DNA of 48,651 bases, counting the filler, from Jimgerdemannia flammicorona (taxonomy: Eukaryota), in assembly GCA_003990765.1 (NCBI GenBank). It is 2 parts of 2 records of this genome, joined end to end, with 100 filler letters (N's around TTAATTAATTAA, not from the genome) between each part and the next. Parts side by side here need not be neighbours in the genome. Positions count along the whole stretch, not along the records: positions 1 to 24,278 come from RBNJ01000994.1; positions 24,379 to 48,651 come from RBNJ01000995.1. One strand, written 5' to 3'. Shown one piece after another: positions 23,068-34,639 of this stretch (the first letter of the stretch is position 1; each line of letters begins with the position of its first letter). The notes below the pieces were generated by a model. It did no database searches and was not told the DNA's origin. It was given only the letters and a program-made list of their open reading frames with translations. Both the position numbers and the translations under genes were made by a program.

Positions 23068-24278
23068 TGTCACGTAGTGGTCGCTGAGTCCTTCAAATAC
23101 ACCAGATTCTCTTCAAGGTGTATCTCTTAGACTAACTCAAGTTTGTTATAAGCAAGTTCTTATTGGAGTGCCTTCCCAAGGTCTTATAGTCCTCAAACTT
23201 CTTATCTTTAACTGTCTTGTTATCTCTTAGATTGCTTGCAAGGAAGTGTGTGTATTGCACTGAGAAGACTGACTTTATTTCAGAGGAAATAAGAGAGGTA
23301 TTTATACAAAATATAATTTAATGGTTGCTAAGATATAAAGCTAAATATAAATTCTAATAACTAAAACTACTAAGTTCCAAGGCTGGCATTATTTAGTATC
23401 ATATCAAAATGCCGGTACTGGAACAATTTCGCGTCACCTCAGAATACCGGTGCTGGCATTATCCAGTGTTACATGAGAATACCGGTGGTGGCATTATCCA
23501 GTGTAACAAAGAACTTTTTAGAGCAGAAAGTTCAGGATCATGGGAGCTTCATCATTATCATCACTGAAGGAGATGAGATCCGCGAACTCTTCATGCAGGT
23601 CACACGTTTTGCGTGCTTCGGGTATGTCGCGCAGGATGATGTCATCGCTGATGATGTCATCACGTTCGGCGGGGAAATCAGGAACAAGATCTGGAGCTCT
23701 CCAGTCTATGAGGTTCTCTTCCACAAAGTAAGGGACAAATGTGGGGTCCTGGGGAGGTCTGACCTGGATGCTTGGGCCTTGGAATACTGAGATCAACCCT
23801 TGTAGGAATTGGTCTGGGTTGTCCTGAAGAATAGGGTGCCAGAAGTCTTCTACTTCTTCGCTGTTGAGGGTGATGGTGGACTGGGCTTCTGTAGCTACCC
23901 TGGCTTCTAGTGCATTGATGCGGCAGGATGACAGGTCTCTGAAGTCTGAGACTCTAACATACTCCAAGTTGGGGATCGACCATGGTGCATGCCTGAAGAT
24001 CTGATGGATCTTCTTTGCTGTCCTTGCCTCACGTAGGTCTATGGGGGTGGCATCTTGTAGCTCTTGAGGGCTGGCCTGTGGGAACTCCCGGCAGAAGAGG
24101 TTTCCTATTTCGTACTCCTGCCACATTTGGAGGCATTCGGTGGCAATGGTAATCCTTGTTTCCATTTCACGGCAGTAGAGGATAAAGTGATAAGGGTCTG
24201 CAGTACCCAGGTTGATGCTAGGAGTCCTTCTTGAGCGGGTCCTCATGGCTCTTCTGATGTCTTGAAACATCCTTTCCT
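23068..24278 (-). repeat. Family B LTR (3' or solo), CpG-intact, cut by the assembly gap
   Basis: TGTCACGTAGTGG terminus at 23068 with no PBS beyond it; minus-strand TATAAATA near 23300; 35-bp tandem duplication at 23441-23508; collinear with 15130-16350. Confidence 0.88.
23518..24270 (-). CDS. Family B ORF3, open 250-aa frame, unknown function (N-terminus probably lost in the gap)
   Basis: Uninterrupted frame. Shares QEY.[IL]G and K[KR]IH.[IL]FR....I..L..V...DF with family A ORF3; acidic C-terminal tail. Confidence 0.8.
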   Translation of the reverse strand: MFQDIRRAMRTRSRRTPSINLGTADPYHFILYCREMETRITIATECLQMWQEYEIGNLFCREFPQASPQELQDATPIDLREARTAKKIHQIFRHAPWSIPNLEYVRVSDFRDLSSCRINALEARVATEAQSTITLNSEEVEDFWHPILQDNPDQFLQGLISVFQGPSIQVRPPQDPTFVPYFVEENLIDWRAPDLVPDFPAERDDIISDDIILRDIPEARKTCDLHEEFADLISFSDDNDEAPMILNFLL

Positions 24279-24378
24279 NNNNNNNNNNNNNNNNNNNNNN
24301 NNNNNNNNNNNNNNNNNNNNNNTTAATTAATTAANNNNNNNNNNNNNNNNNNNNNNNNNNNNNNNNNNNNNNNNNNNN
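24279..24378. other. Artificial 100-bp assembly spacer (44 N, TTAATTAATTAA, 44 N)
   Basis: Symmetric N runs around a 12-mer that has stop codons in all six frames. Confidence 0.97.
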
Positions 24379-24486
24379 CCACCCTCCCCTGCAACTTCAA
24401 GAAGACTCTGCGAGAGTCAGAACAGTCAAGTTTTCAAGATACAGAAATCCGACGTACTTTCAAGAATAAGCATCCGCTACGTTACA
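24379..24486 (+). repeat. 3' end of a family A LTR, CpG-intact
   Basis: Matches about 3502-3608 and ends CCGCTACGTTACA; no PBS follows. Confidence 0.92.
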
Positions 24487-24829
24487 ATATATATAACTAA
24501 ATTTGAAATATATCTTATTTTAATATCTACTAAAAATCTAAATATATATATAAAGTAAGACTTTAAAATTTTGAGATTTTTATTTTTAATAAATTAGCTT
24601 CTAAAAAAAAAAAAGATATTCTAATAAAATTAATATTACTTAAATAGTAAAATATTAGTAAACTATTAAAATAATATTAAAAAATCTTATTTTATATTAT
24701 ATATTACTTTTATTTAAAAATAATAATATTAGACTCAATAAGTAACTTATTAAAATAAATAAATAGCTTATTATTAAGTAAGTTTTGATAGTATAAATAG
24801 AGCTGACTAAATAATAATTATATATATTT

Positions 24830-25159
24830 AAGGAGAGAAGATTAGTAAGTTTGGAAGAATATTTAGTAATATAAAAAGAGTTGTTAGAGAATATTATATC
24901 TAGCTAGTGGGTGAGATGAGATCCTTAGAGTAGTCATTACTAATACCTAGTAGAGAAGATTTATGAGTAGAGTATAGAGAGAGTTATAATAATTAATAGT
25001 TTAATAGTCTTTAATTATAAAGAGATAGAGAGTGATCTCTTAAGAGAAATTGATAAGAGATAAGGTTAATATATTATATTAGGAATATTAGATTTAAATA
25101 GGTTTGATAATAAATATCAAAGTCTAAGTAACTATAAAAAAAAAAAAAAAAAAAAAAAA
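24830..25159 (+). mobile_element. Extremely decayed LINE 3' fragment
   Basis: Ends AATAAA..AGTCTAAGTAACTAT(A)n, versus AGTCCAAGTGACTAT(A)n at 11424-11450. CTAGTAGAGAAGATTTATGAG aligns to TTGGTGGAGAAAATCTGTGGG. Confidence 0.7.
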
Positions 25160-26189
25160 TTATTAAAATATCTAAAATTTTTAATTAGAAATAATATAAA
25201 TAAAAAAATATTTATATTAAATATAAAAATTTTAGTAAACTAAATCTTTGAAGTATATATTTTAGAGTAATTATTATTTTTTCTTTTAATTTAAGTTAAG
25301 AAATTTACTATTACTTTTATTAAAAGTTCTTATAATATATAATATTAATAATAATAATAATAATTATAATAATTATAATATTTTATACTTTATATTCTAT
25401 TATATATTAATTACTTAACTAAAATTATAATTACTAACCTAATTACTATTAATATTATTACTTTGAATTATTATATTTATAATTTTCTAAAATATATATA
25501 AAATACTTAATATTCTTAAATATATTATAATTAAATTATATAAATATTATATTTTGATATTAGTTAATCAAATTGAACTATAGTCTATCTACTTAGATTA
25601 GTATATATTTATTTTTCTGACTAGCCTAAGTGTTTCTATATTTTAAATAATAAGATAAGAAGGTGACCTATATTAGATTATTATTATAGTATATTAGTTT
25701 TTACATATTATCAGTAACTGAAATATCTAATTTTATATTCTATTTTAATAATGAAATACAATATCACTAGATGTACAATCTTATTTATATTTGTAACTAT
25801 CACTACTTTTATTTAGTGCAATTAAAGTTTCTGACCTCTAAAATTCTACCAACTCTAGTAGGTATAAATTATATAATTACTGTTACTATATTACTAATAT
25901 AGTCTTAGTTAGTAATTACTAAAGATAGTAGCAGAGAATATATAAGCTATAAGATTAAGTAAGTTGATTCAGTAAAGATGAGCTAAAAATCTAAATATAT
26001 CAAGAAAGAAAATATTATATTAGAGATAGCTTATAAGGGTATTAATCTGTTCTAATAGAAAGAGTAGGAATATAATTATAGACTTCTAACTTTCAATAAT
26101 AAATTTTTTAATACAGATGATATTCCTCTCTGTCTTCTCAATTACTGTATCATTCTCTTTCTTCTTTATTCTTAATAAAGATAAGTATG

Positions 26190-26249
26190 ACAATATCACT
26201 CTTATTATCAGTACCTTATAGATTCTTTTATCTCTAGCTCTAAATTTAT
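26190..26249 (+). pseudogene. 5' part of the PMCA/PMC1-type ATPase relic (left limit uncertain)
   Basis: DSFISSSK immediately before the insertion joins the SYIITS.. segment after 32927 (cf. DPFIISGSKVLEGVG). Confidence 0.55.
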
Positions 26250-28849
26250 TGTGACAGTATAGCCAGATTTGGAAGAAGGAAATAGGGAACAGACACTTGA
26301 TCGCACCCAGTCCCAAAGTAGTATAGCCACATAGTTAGCAGTCCTTGATTTCACCACTTGCTAAATATTTTGCAAAGTGCAAGAACAAGCTTCTCGATAT
26401 AGTATAGCATTTCGCAACTGGCGAAATATTTCACAAAGTGTTAAATGACTCATAACCTAGCTATATAACTCAGTAACCATCTCATAGCTAGCAAACTTGT
26501 ATAAATAACTCAGTATCTTCGAGTGAATAAACCTCAGATTAAAATAATTCAAAGCAAAGAGATAGCAAAGGAACTAGTAAGCCTATGGACAGATACACTT
26601 CGAACTCACCCACTCTCCCCTATAACTTCAAGAGACTCTGCAAGAGTCAGAACAGTCAAGTTTTCAAGATATAGAAATCTGATGTACTTTCAAGAGTAAG
26701 TGTCTACTATGTTACAACTTGGTGTCCATTGGCTGGTGATTCAAGATGAATCCCTCACTTTCAAGCTGAACAATGAACAACTACTACTACCTGAACAACC
26801 ATATAAACCGAGCTCCAATACCCAGACAAGATGGATATGAGACCACCAGTATTTCATGGATATACCTCAGATGAATCAATCATTATCTTCATTGACAATT
26901 TCAAGCAGTATGCCACTGTTAGGACCCTGAGAGCAGCACAGCAAGTAGCCCTTATGCCCTTTAGCCTATGAGGCCCTACAAGAGCAGCATTTATAACTGT
27001 AAACTATGTAAGAAATGATGCTGATACTACACTGATAGCACAGAAGACCTGGCTTTGAACCACCTACTATACAGATGAGATCAAGCAAGCTCTGAAGGAT
27101 CAGCTTAATACAATATACCAAGGAATAAGCAAAGATCTAAACACATTCTACACCAGAATCTGATATCAGATAATTCTTGTGGATTATGCTGATGCTATCT
27201 GAGACCAAGTAGCTGAAGCAACCTTCATGAAAGGAATCTACCCAGAGATAGCCATGGCCATCCGCTCATCACCAGTGATTCTGGATGTGCCACAGAAGGT
27301 CACCTATGCTCAGCAATATTGGATAGCCAGACATCTACAAGACCATATAATGGAAAGGGTCATGGGAGTCAAAATCAAAGCACCTAAGTCAACCAGTGTG
27401 ATCCCTACCACAATGATCAATCGAAACACACCTCAGCCAAAAGTTACAAAGCAGCAAAAGAACAGTGACCCTATGGAGGAACTCACCATAAGGTTTGCTG
27501 AAATGACTGCCCACCTGGGAGATGTGACAAAGGAAATTTGAGGAAGAGACCACTGCCCTGTTCAGAAGTTTGCTGCCACCTCAGACAAAAAGAAAGGTAT
27601 CTACTACAGCTGTGGAGAAGAAGGCCACTACTCATATGAATGTATGAGTGAAACTAAGCACAAGGCCCAACCAAGCAATGCTACTAGAAATAAGGAACAG
27701 GCCAATATAATTACCTTCGAGGAAATTGGAGATTCTGATAAAGAGGAATGGGAGACCTATCCTGCTCAGACCACCAAGCAGAATGTTCACAAAGAATCCT
27801 ACAAGAGACCACCAGGAAGACCCAAGAAGAACCCAGTGGAAAAGCAGATAGAAATGGTCACCAAAAGCCAAGCTGAAGAGATGGACCAAGATATGGAGCT
27901 GGAACAAGCAGTTTAAGATATTATCCAAGGAACTACCCCAGCTAGTAGAGGAGAAAAAGAAAAGAAACTTCATAAGACCAAGACTTTCAAGTATGATATC
28001 TTCAAGAACCTTAGCCAATAAAAGGTCAATGCAACCTTTGGTCAGCTTGCAGAAATCCTAACATTTAGACAACAAATGAGGTTCAGACTTGCCAAAACAA
28101 CCAAGGAGCAAGGATGGAAGATAACTGAGGCCAATAATGTTCAAGAGGACTCAGGAGAAGAAAGTGAAGACAATTGCAAAACCTCTGCCTATGCTATCTG
28201 CCAGATCAAGGACTGAGTCTTTGAAGTTATCATCAATACGAGAGCAGGAGGATGTCTCATCACTAAGAAAGCAGTAGACTGCCTAGGCTGGGAGATAGAA
28301 GAAGCCACCAAATTGATGTTTGTTACAGCTGATAGAATACGAGCAACACCTCTGAGAAAGATCTGGAATGTACCCATCAAGTTTGGAGAAGTCACCATCC
28401 CGGTAGATGTCATCATCACTAATGCAACCAACTATAATATTCTCATTGGCAATCAATGGCTTCACAAAGCCAAGACAATAATTGATCTCAGTGCACAGAA
28501 GATGCAAATCATCTACCAGGGAAAGAAGATCAGAATTCCCATCAATGTCTACAAAGGAGTCCACCCAGAAATGGAGGAAGAGCAAGAAGAAGAAGCCTAC
28601 ATAGTTACCACAAAGAAAGGAAAAGGTAAGCAGTGGACAGAGGAAGAATGGTACAAAAGGATCACAGATAAATATGCCCCACTAAGAAGGTGCCTCTATG
28701 GTGAAAGAATGTACTGTGCCCAGCACTTGGATCGCTGCTACTCTTGCATCATCAAAGTGAAAAAGATCTCTAACAAGCCAAAGAAGAACCAGGAGGAACC
28801 AGAAGATGGACCACCAGAGCTATTGAATGACAGCGATAATGAAGAAGAC

Positions 28850-29280
28850 ATCATAGTCAAGATACGAAGGATCCACCCCAATATAGTCTTGCCACAGTAC
28901 AAATTGGAGAATGCAGCAGGAATGGACCTATCTACCACAACACACACAATCCTCAAACCACAAACCACTACTATGCTGGAAACAGGAATCAAAGTAACCA
29001 TCCCACCAAATTATGTCAGAATCCTCAAGACAAGGAGCAGCTTGGCAAAAAGCGAAATATCTATAGAAGGAGAAGTTATTGATTCAGACTATACAGGAGA
29101 AATTCTCCTCCTTGCCAGAAATCATAATCCAACAATCCCATTTGAAGTAAAGAAGAAGGATTGGCTGGTACAAATGTTCATCCTACCTGTCCTTAACCCA
29201 AGAATCAATGAAGTCGTAAACATCAGACAAACTCAGTGAGGAAGAGCTGGATTCAGCTCTACAGGAAGAGGAGTCCTTGC
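28850..29280 (+). pseudogene. dUTPase domain between protease and RT in family A
   Basis: NAAGMDL, ILKTRSSLA, GEVIDSDYTGEI, VQM and RAGFSSTG correspond to trimeric dUTPase motifs I-V. Confidence 0.93.
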
Positions 29281-30779
29281 AGCAATCAAGATTACAGAAT
29301 TGGAGTACAAGAAGGAGGAAAGCCAAGATAAACACCCTTATGTAATCGGAAAGAACTTTCTCCTCACAAAGGAGTTGCAGAACCTCTTGCATATATTTGA
29401 AGATGTACTGGTCACAGATTTCAAGGACATCAAGACTAAGAAACCCTTGTACTATCATGATATCAATACTGAAGATGTGAAACCAATCTATCAAAAAGCC
29501 TGCCCTATTCCGCCAGCATACAGGGAATGGCTCAAGACTGAAATCAAGGAGATGGAGGAATCCAATATCATCAAGGAAGCCAGCAGCCCTTGGTCTTTAC
29601 CTATTGTCCTTGTACCAAAGAAAGGAAGCCAACTAGGAGAATTTGCACCAAGACTCTGCACAGACTATAGAAGACTCAACGAGATCACAGAGAAGGATAG
29701 ACAACCATTGCCCAAAATTGGTGACATTCTTATCATGCTGGGGAATGAATCATGATTTTACACCACTCTAGATCTGTTCTCAAGATTCTACCAAATTGGC
29801 CTTACACCTGAAGCCAGTAAAAGATCAGCCTTCATCACTCCTGATGGAACCTATGTCTATCTCCACATGCCCTTTGGAATGTGCAATATACCAGCAAGCT
29901 TCTAGCAAATGATGAATAGCATCTTTAGAGATGTTATGGAAAAATGGATGATGGTATATGTGGATGATGTGATCATCTTCAGCTGAACAGCCAAGGAGCA
30001 CTTGGAACATATTGAGGAAATCCTCAGAAGGCTTTGCAAAAATGGCCTCTACATTAAGCCCAAGAAATGCAAATTGGGAGAAGAAGAAATTGATTACCTT
30101 AGATACATCATCAACCATGAAGGAACACACACAGATCCCACAAAGATCATGGCAGTAGCAGCATACCCAGTACCTATCAGTATCACTGAAGCCTGAGCCT
30201 TCATGAGACTAGCATCCTATTATAGGAGATTTATTTGAAGATTCTCCCACATTGCCAACCCTATCTATGATCTATTCAGAAAAGAGGTCAAGTTTCAGTG
30301 GACACAACAACAGCAACTAGCCTTTGATGAACTCAAGATCAGGCTGACCCAGGCCACAATCTTGAGAAGACCTGACTGGATATGCGAATTTATTCTACAG
30401 ACAGATGCCAGTGCAATGGGACTTGGAGCTGTCCTTGCACAGAAGAAGAATGGTACTGAGTATATAGTAGCCTATCTCAGCTGAGATACCCACAGAGCAA
30501 AGCAGTCCTATGAGTCATATAAGCTAGAATGTCTTACAGTCATCTGGGCTGTAGAGAAGTTCCACTATTACCTGGCAGGAAGATACTTCACCATCCAGAC
30601 AGACCACTCAGCACTCATCTGATTGCTCACCACCAGTGAACCCAAAGGAATCTACACCCGATAGATCATGAAGCTGCAAGCATATGATGCCACAATCACT
30701 CACCGCCCCAGAAGAACCAATGCCAATGCCAATGCCCTCTCACGGACACCCTGAAGGACCCCACCCCCACAAAATTACC

Positions 30780-31973
30780 ATGAATAGGGAGTTGTACTAT
30801 GGAATCATCAGCTATCTGGGGCAGCAAAAGATGCCTCTGTATCTGGAAGAATGGACAAAAACAATTATTAATCAGACATAGAAACAATTCGAAACTAATG
30901 GAGAAATACTCAAGAAAGGATAACAATTAGTCATCCCTGAGCACTAGAAGAATCAAGTAATGAAAGAAGTACATAAACAATGCCACATAGGAGGAACAAA
31001 TACATATGACAAAGCAAGAAGAACCATGTGGTGGCCTGGAATGGAAGAAGATATCAGACAATTCATCAGAACCTGTGATAAATGCCAGAAACAGAAATAA
31101 GACCAATGAAACTAGGCCCCGGGATCAGCATGCATAAAACCAGTACCATTTGCCCACATAGCAATGGATGTAATCGGTCCTCTATCCTTGACCCTGACTG
31201 GTAACTGATATATCATTGTCATCATAGACCTTTTTACGAAGTGGATAGAAGCAGAACCCCTCAAGGAAGTCAATGCACAGTCAATTGCTGATTTCTTCTA
31301 CAAGGAAATCATCTGCCAGTTCAAGACTCCAACACAAGTAACTACAGATAGAGGAACAGAATTTGTGAACCAGCTCTTTGAGGTTCTCTACAAGAAGTAC
31401 AAGATCCAGCACATTTGGACCACAGCCTATTACTCTCAAGAAAATGGATAAGCAGAAAGGACCAACAAGACCCTCAAGAATGTTATTGCCAAGATCTGTA
31501 ATAACTATGAAAACTGGGATCACTATCTGCCAATAGCATTATCTGCTCTCCAAGATATCAGATCACAAAGTACCCACTTTACCCCCCAGAAGATGCTATT
31601 TGGAGAAGAAAGTTCTAGTGGAAGTTTATCAGCAAATAATGATGCAGTCTGGAAGCATGTGGATATGGAGATACAGAGATTACATCAAATTAAAAAAAAG
31701 GCAGAGGATTACATAATCAAGGTACAGGCACTACAACAGAGCAATGCAGAAAAGATCCACAAGCTCCTGGAGATTATTAAGATAGGAGATGAAGTCCTGG
31801 TATACCAGAACATGGTAGAAGCTTCTTGGTCATGAAAACTGGAGCCCAAGTAGGAAGGACCTTACCTGGTGCAAGATATAAAAGGGACCACTTTCCAACT
31901 ACGAAAGCCCTCAGACACAATAATCCCCACCACTATTCACCAAAATCAACTCAAGAAATATCATGGCCAGTAA
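30780..31973 (+). pseudogene. Family A integrase, apparently a separate ORF
   Basis: ATG at 30780 is in the +1 frame relative to RNase H, whose frame stops at TAG 30785-30787; HHCC, DDE and GPY motifs follow. Confidence 0.8.
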
Positions 31974-32424
31974 CAAAAGTACTGTGATGGCACTCAAGAT
32001 CACTAGTGCTGCCCAAAGAGCCATCAAGAGACAATGGTATACCATCGAGCCTCCAACTATAGAGGAGTCTTATGATAGTATCCAAAGCATTGTACAGACT
32101 CATCTCTCTCGAATCTCACACTTCAAGACCTATCAGCATCAAAACGAATTTCAAGAGTACTTCAAACTTGGCCAAGTACTCAACCAAGACCCAGAAATGA
32201 CCAAAGAAAATTGGATCGCAGAATGCCAGCTCTCCTATTCCCAGATCATCATTGCTAAGAGAATCCACAAGCTATTCTGAGAGGATGAACTAGCACTAGC
32301 CCACCTGCGAGAAGTAACTCCCTCAGACTTCGACTGAGTCAGGTGACATCATTGGGAAACAGTAATGTAATAAATTGTACAGTACAAGACCATACAGACC
32401 ATTGAAGCCTGGGAGTTTGAATAG
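31963..32424 (+). pseudogene. Family A ORF3, copy 3
   Basis: Same start, length and final stop as 989-1450, with many synonymous differences. Confidence 0.8.
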
Positions 32425-32927
32425 ATACTTCAGGACAAGATCATCTATTCAGAAGAAAGTTGTGATGGTATAGCCAGATTTGGAAGAAGGAAATAGGGAA
32501 TTGATACTTGATCACACCCAGTCCCAAAGTAGTATAGCCACATAGTTAGCAGTCCTCAATTTTGCCACTTGCTAAACATTTCACAAAGTGCAAGATCGAG
32601 CTTCTCGATATAGTATAGCATTTTGCAACTGGCGAAATATTTTGCAAAGTGTTAAATGACTCATAACCTAGCCACATAACTCAGTAACTATCTCATAGCT
32701 AGCAAACTTATATAAATAACCCAGTATCTTTGAGTGAATAAACCTCAGATCGAAATAGTTCAAAGCAAAGTGATAGCAAAGGAACTAGTAAGCCTATAGG
32801 CAGATATACTTCAAACTCACCCACCCTCTCCTGCAACTTCAAGAGACTCTGCAAGAGTCAGAACAGTCAAGTTTTCAAGATACAGAAATCTGATGTACTT
32901 TCAAGAGTAAGCATCCACTATGTTACA

Positions 32928-34590
32928 TTATTAAGAGAATTAGATCTTATATTATTACTAGTATTATAGTTAACTCATTCTATAGTAAAACTATAATAGC
33001 ATTATGAACCAAACTAGAAGAGATCTGACTCTAGTCAAGCTCAATAATCTGATCAAAAAAATTACCAAGCTAGGTAGAACTATTAGATTGCTCATTGTTA
33101 GTCATATTGCTGATCAAATATTTCATCAAGTAGAAGTACTATGGTGTGCCCAAGTTAGTCATACTATTATGCTAGAGATTCTACAGATTGTCATAATTAC
33201 TATTATAATTATTATTATAATAGTACCAAAGGAAATGTCTTTGACCATTATCTTAATAAGTATTTTTAGTACTTTTTTCTATATTTCAATATTATTTGAT
33301 AATTATTCACATTACTATATCAGATCATTTCTTTTTCTTAAATTTGTATATATATATTACTCAGTGTATACTTATAGATATTAATCTTATATATCTACAT
33401 TCTCTCTACCTGTGAGACTTTAGACAATATCACTACTACTGCTCTGACAAAACTACCACTCTTACCCAAAATAAGATGTTTGATATTATGGATATATTTA
33501 GCATATCTCTCTGCTTCCTCCAGGATCTATCTGTCTTCTATACTGATCTCATCACTCTCAAAGATCTCAAAATACATATACTAAAACCTGCACTTGATCT
33601 TATTAACTAAGCTACCACTATTAACTCAACTGCTTTCAAGAGCAAAAATGATATAGATAATCTATCTTTTGTCATCTCTAAGATAAAGACTACTCTTCTT
33701 GGTTTTTATATAAGCTCAATACTGAAAATTATAATATCTTCTATAACTACTAGACCATTGAACAGCTCCTTTAGCTCTGAATAGAAAACAATGACAACTT
33801 TGATCTATATGCCTATATATAGTGATAATAGTAAGCATATCTCATATATTCTACCAAGTATATATCAAGTATATCTCTAAGTTACTTATATAATACTATA
33901 GTAGTATAATCAATATATATAATAGACTTATTCTTGAATTTACTATATATAGTTATAGAGAGTAATAAGATCTCTATAAGATAACTCCAGATCTATAACT
34001 ATAGTAGTATCACTATAGAGGGTCTTATGTTCTAATAGTTGCCTACTGCTGAGATATATGCTATCATCCTCAGGCTGTAGGTTCTAGTTCTGAGATCAAG
34101 TATATACTTATCTACAGGCTAAAGGAACTAAGTGAGATTGTAGTTATCACTAATGATGATACTAATAATGGGCCAGTATCTAAAATGGCTAATATTGGAT
34201 TTTTGATAGTGATTGTAAGAAGAGATAGTAAAGGAGATATTCAATATTATCTCAATAGATAATAACTTATCAAGACTATTATGTAGGACTGCTATATCAA
34301 TAATATTATCAAGAAGTTCTTATATTTCCGACCTATTATCAATATCATCTCTATGGTGTTGATTTTTGCATCAGCTATTATAAGTGATATAGAAAAGAGC
34401 ATATTAATAGCTATATAGCTACTTTGAGTATGTGGGGTTTTTTTTTTTGAATACTCAACTTCTCTCCTCTGATCTAGGTCAACTTATTTATAGATATCTT
34501 TATCACAATCACTCTGATCACAGATCTACTGATATCTGAACTACTGAACTATACTTCTGAATTTTAAAGTACTCCTCTGATTATAGAAGA
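32928..34590 (+). pseudogene. PMC1: Decayed intron-containing duplicate of a P2B (PMCA/PMC1-type) Ca2+-ATPase gene
   Basis: Motifs in correct order: IVPKEMSL (VPEGLPL), CET..CSDKTTTLTQNKM (DKTGTLT), INSTAF, SKIKTTLL (SKTETALL), FSSE*K, TNDDTNNGPVSK (TGDGTNDGPALK), IKKFLYF, LL*|VNLFIDIF (LLWVNLIMDTF). Intron GTATGT..CTAG at 34428-34477. Confidence 0.9.
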
Positions 34591-34639
34591 TGACTATTAA
34601 CCAGACTATCTTCTAGCTCAATATTACTATCATGTTACC

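Larger units (their letters stand above)
26250..32927 (+). mobile_element. Complete Gypsy family A copy 3: LTR 26250-26716, PBS, gag, PR, dUTPase, RT, RNase H, IN, ORF3, PPT, LTR 32461-32927; TSD TTAT
   Basis: Paired LTRs; TTAT at 26246-26249 and 32928-32931; RT SPWSLPIVLVPKK, RLCTDYRRLN and YVDD; RNase H QTDAS and TDHSAL; HHCC/DDE integrase; many transition-type stops. Confidence 0.97.

Noticed and set aside
24323..24334. TTAATTAATTAA palindrome inside the N run
   Set aside because: Artificial six-frame-stop linker. Adjacency across the gap is not trustworthy, and the CpG-rich flanks could be collapsed repeat consensus.
3141..24486. One giant nested family A element bounded by ATAT flanks
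   Set aside because: ATAT is low-complexity and fits the general NTAY preference, a gap intervenes, and the hAT relic does not clearly resume after 24486.
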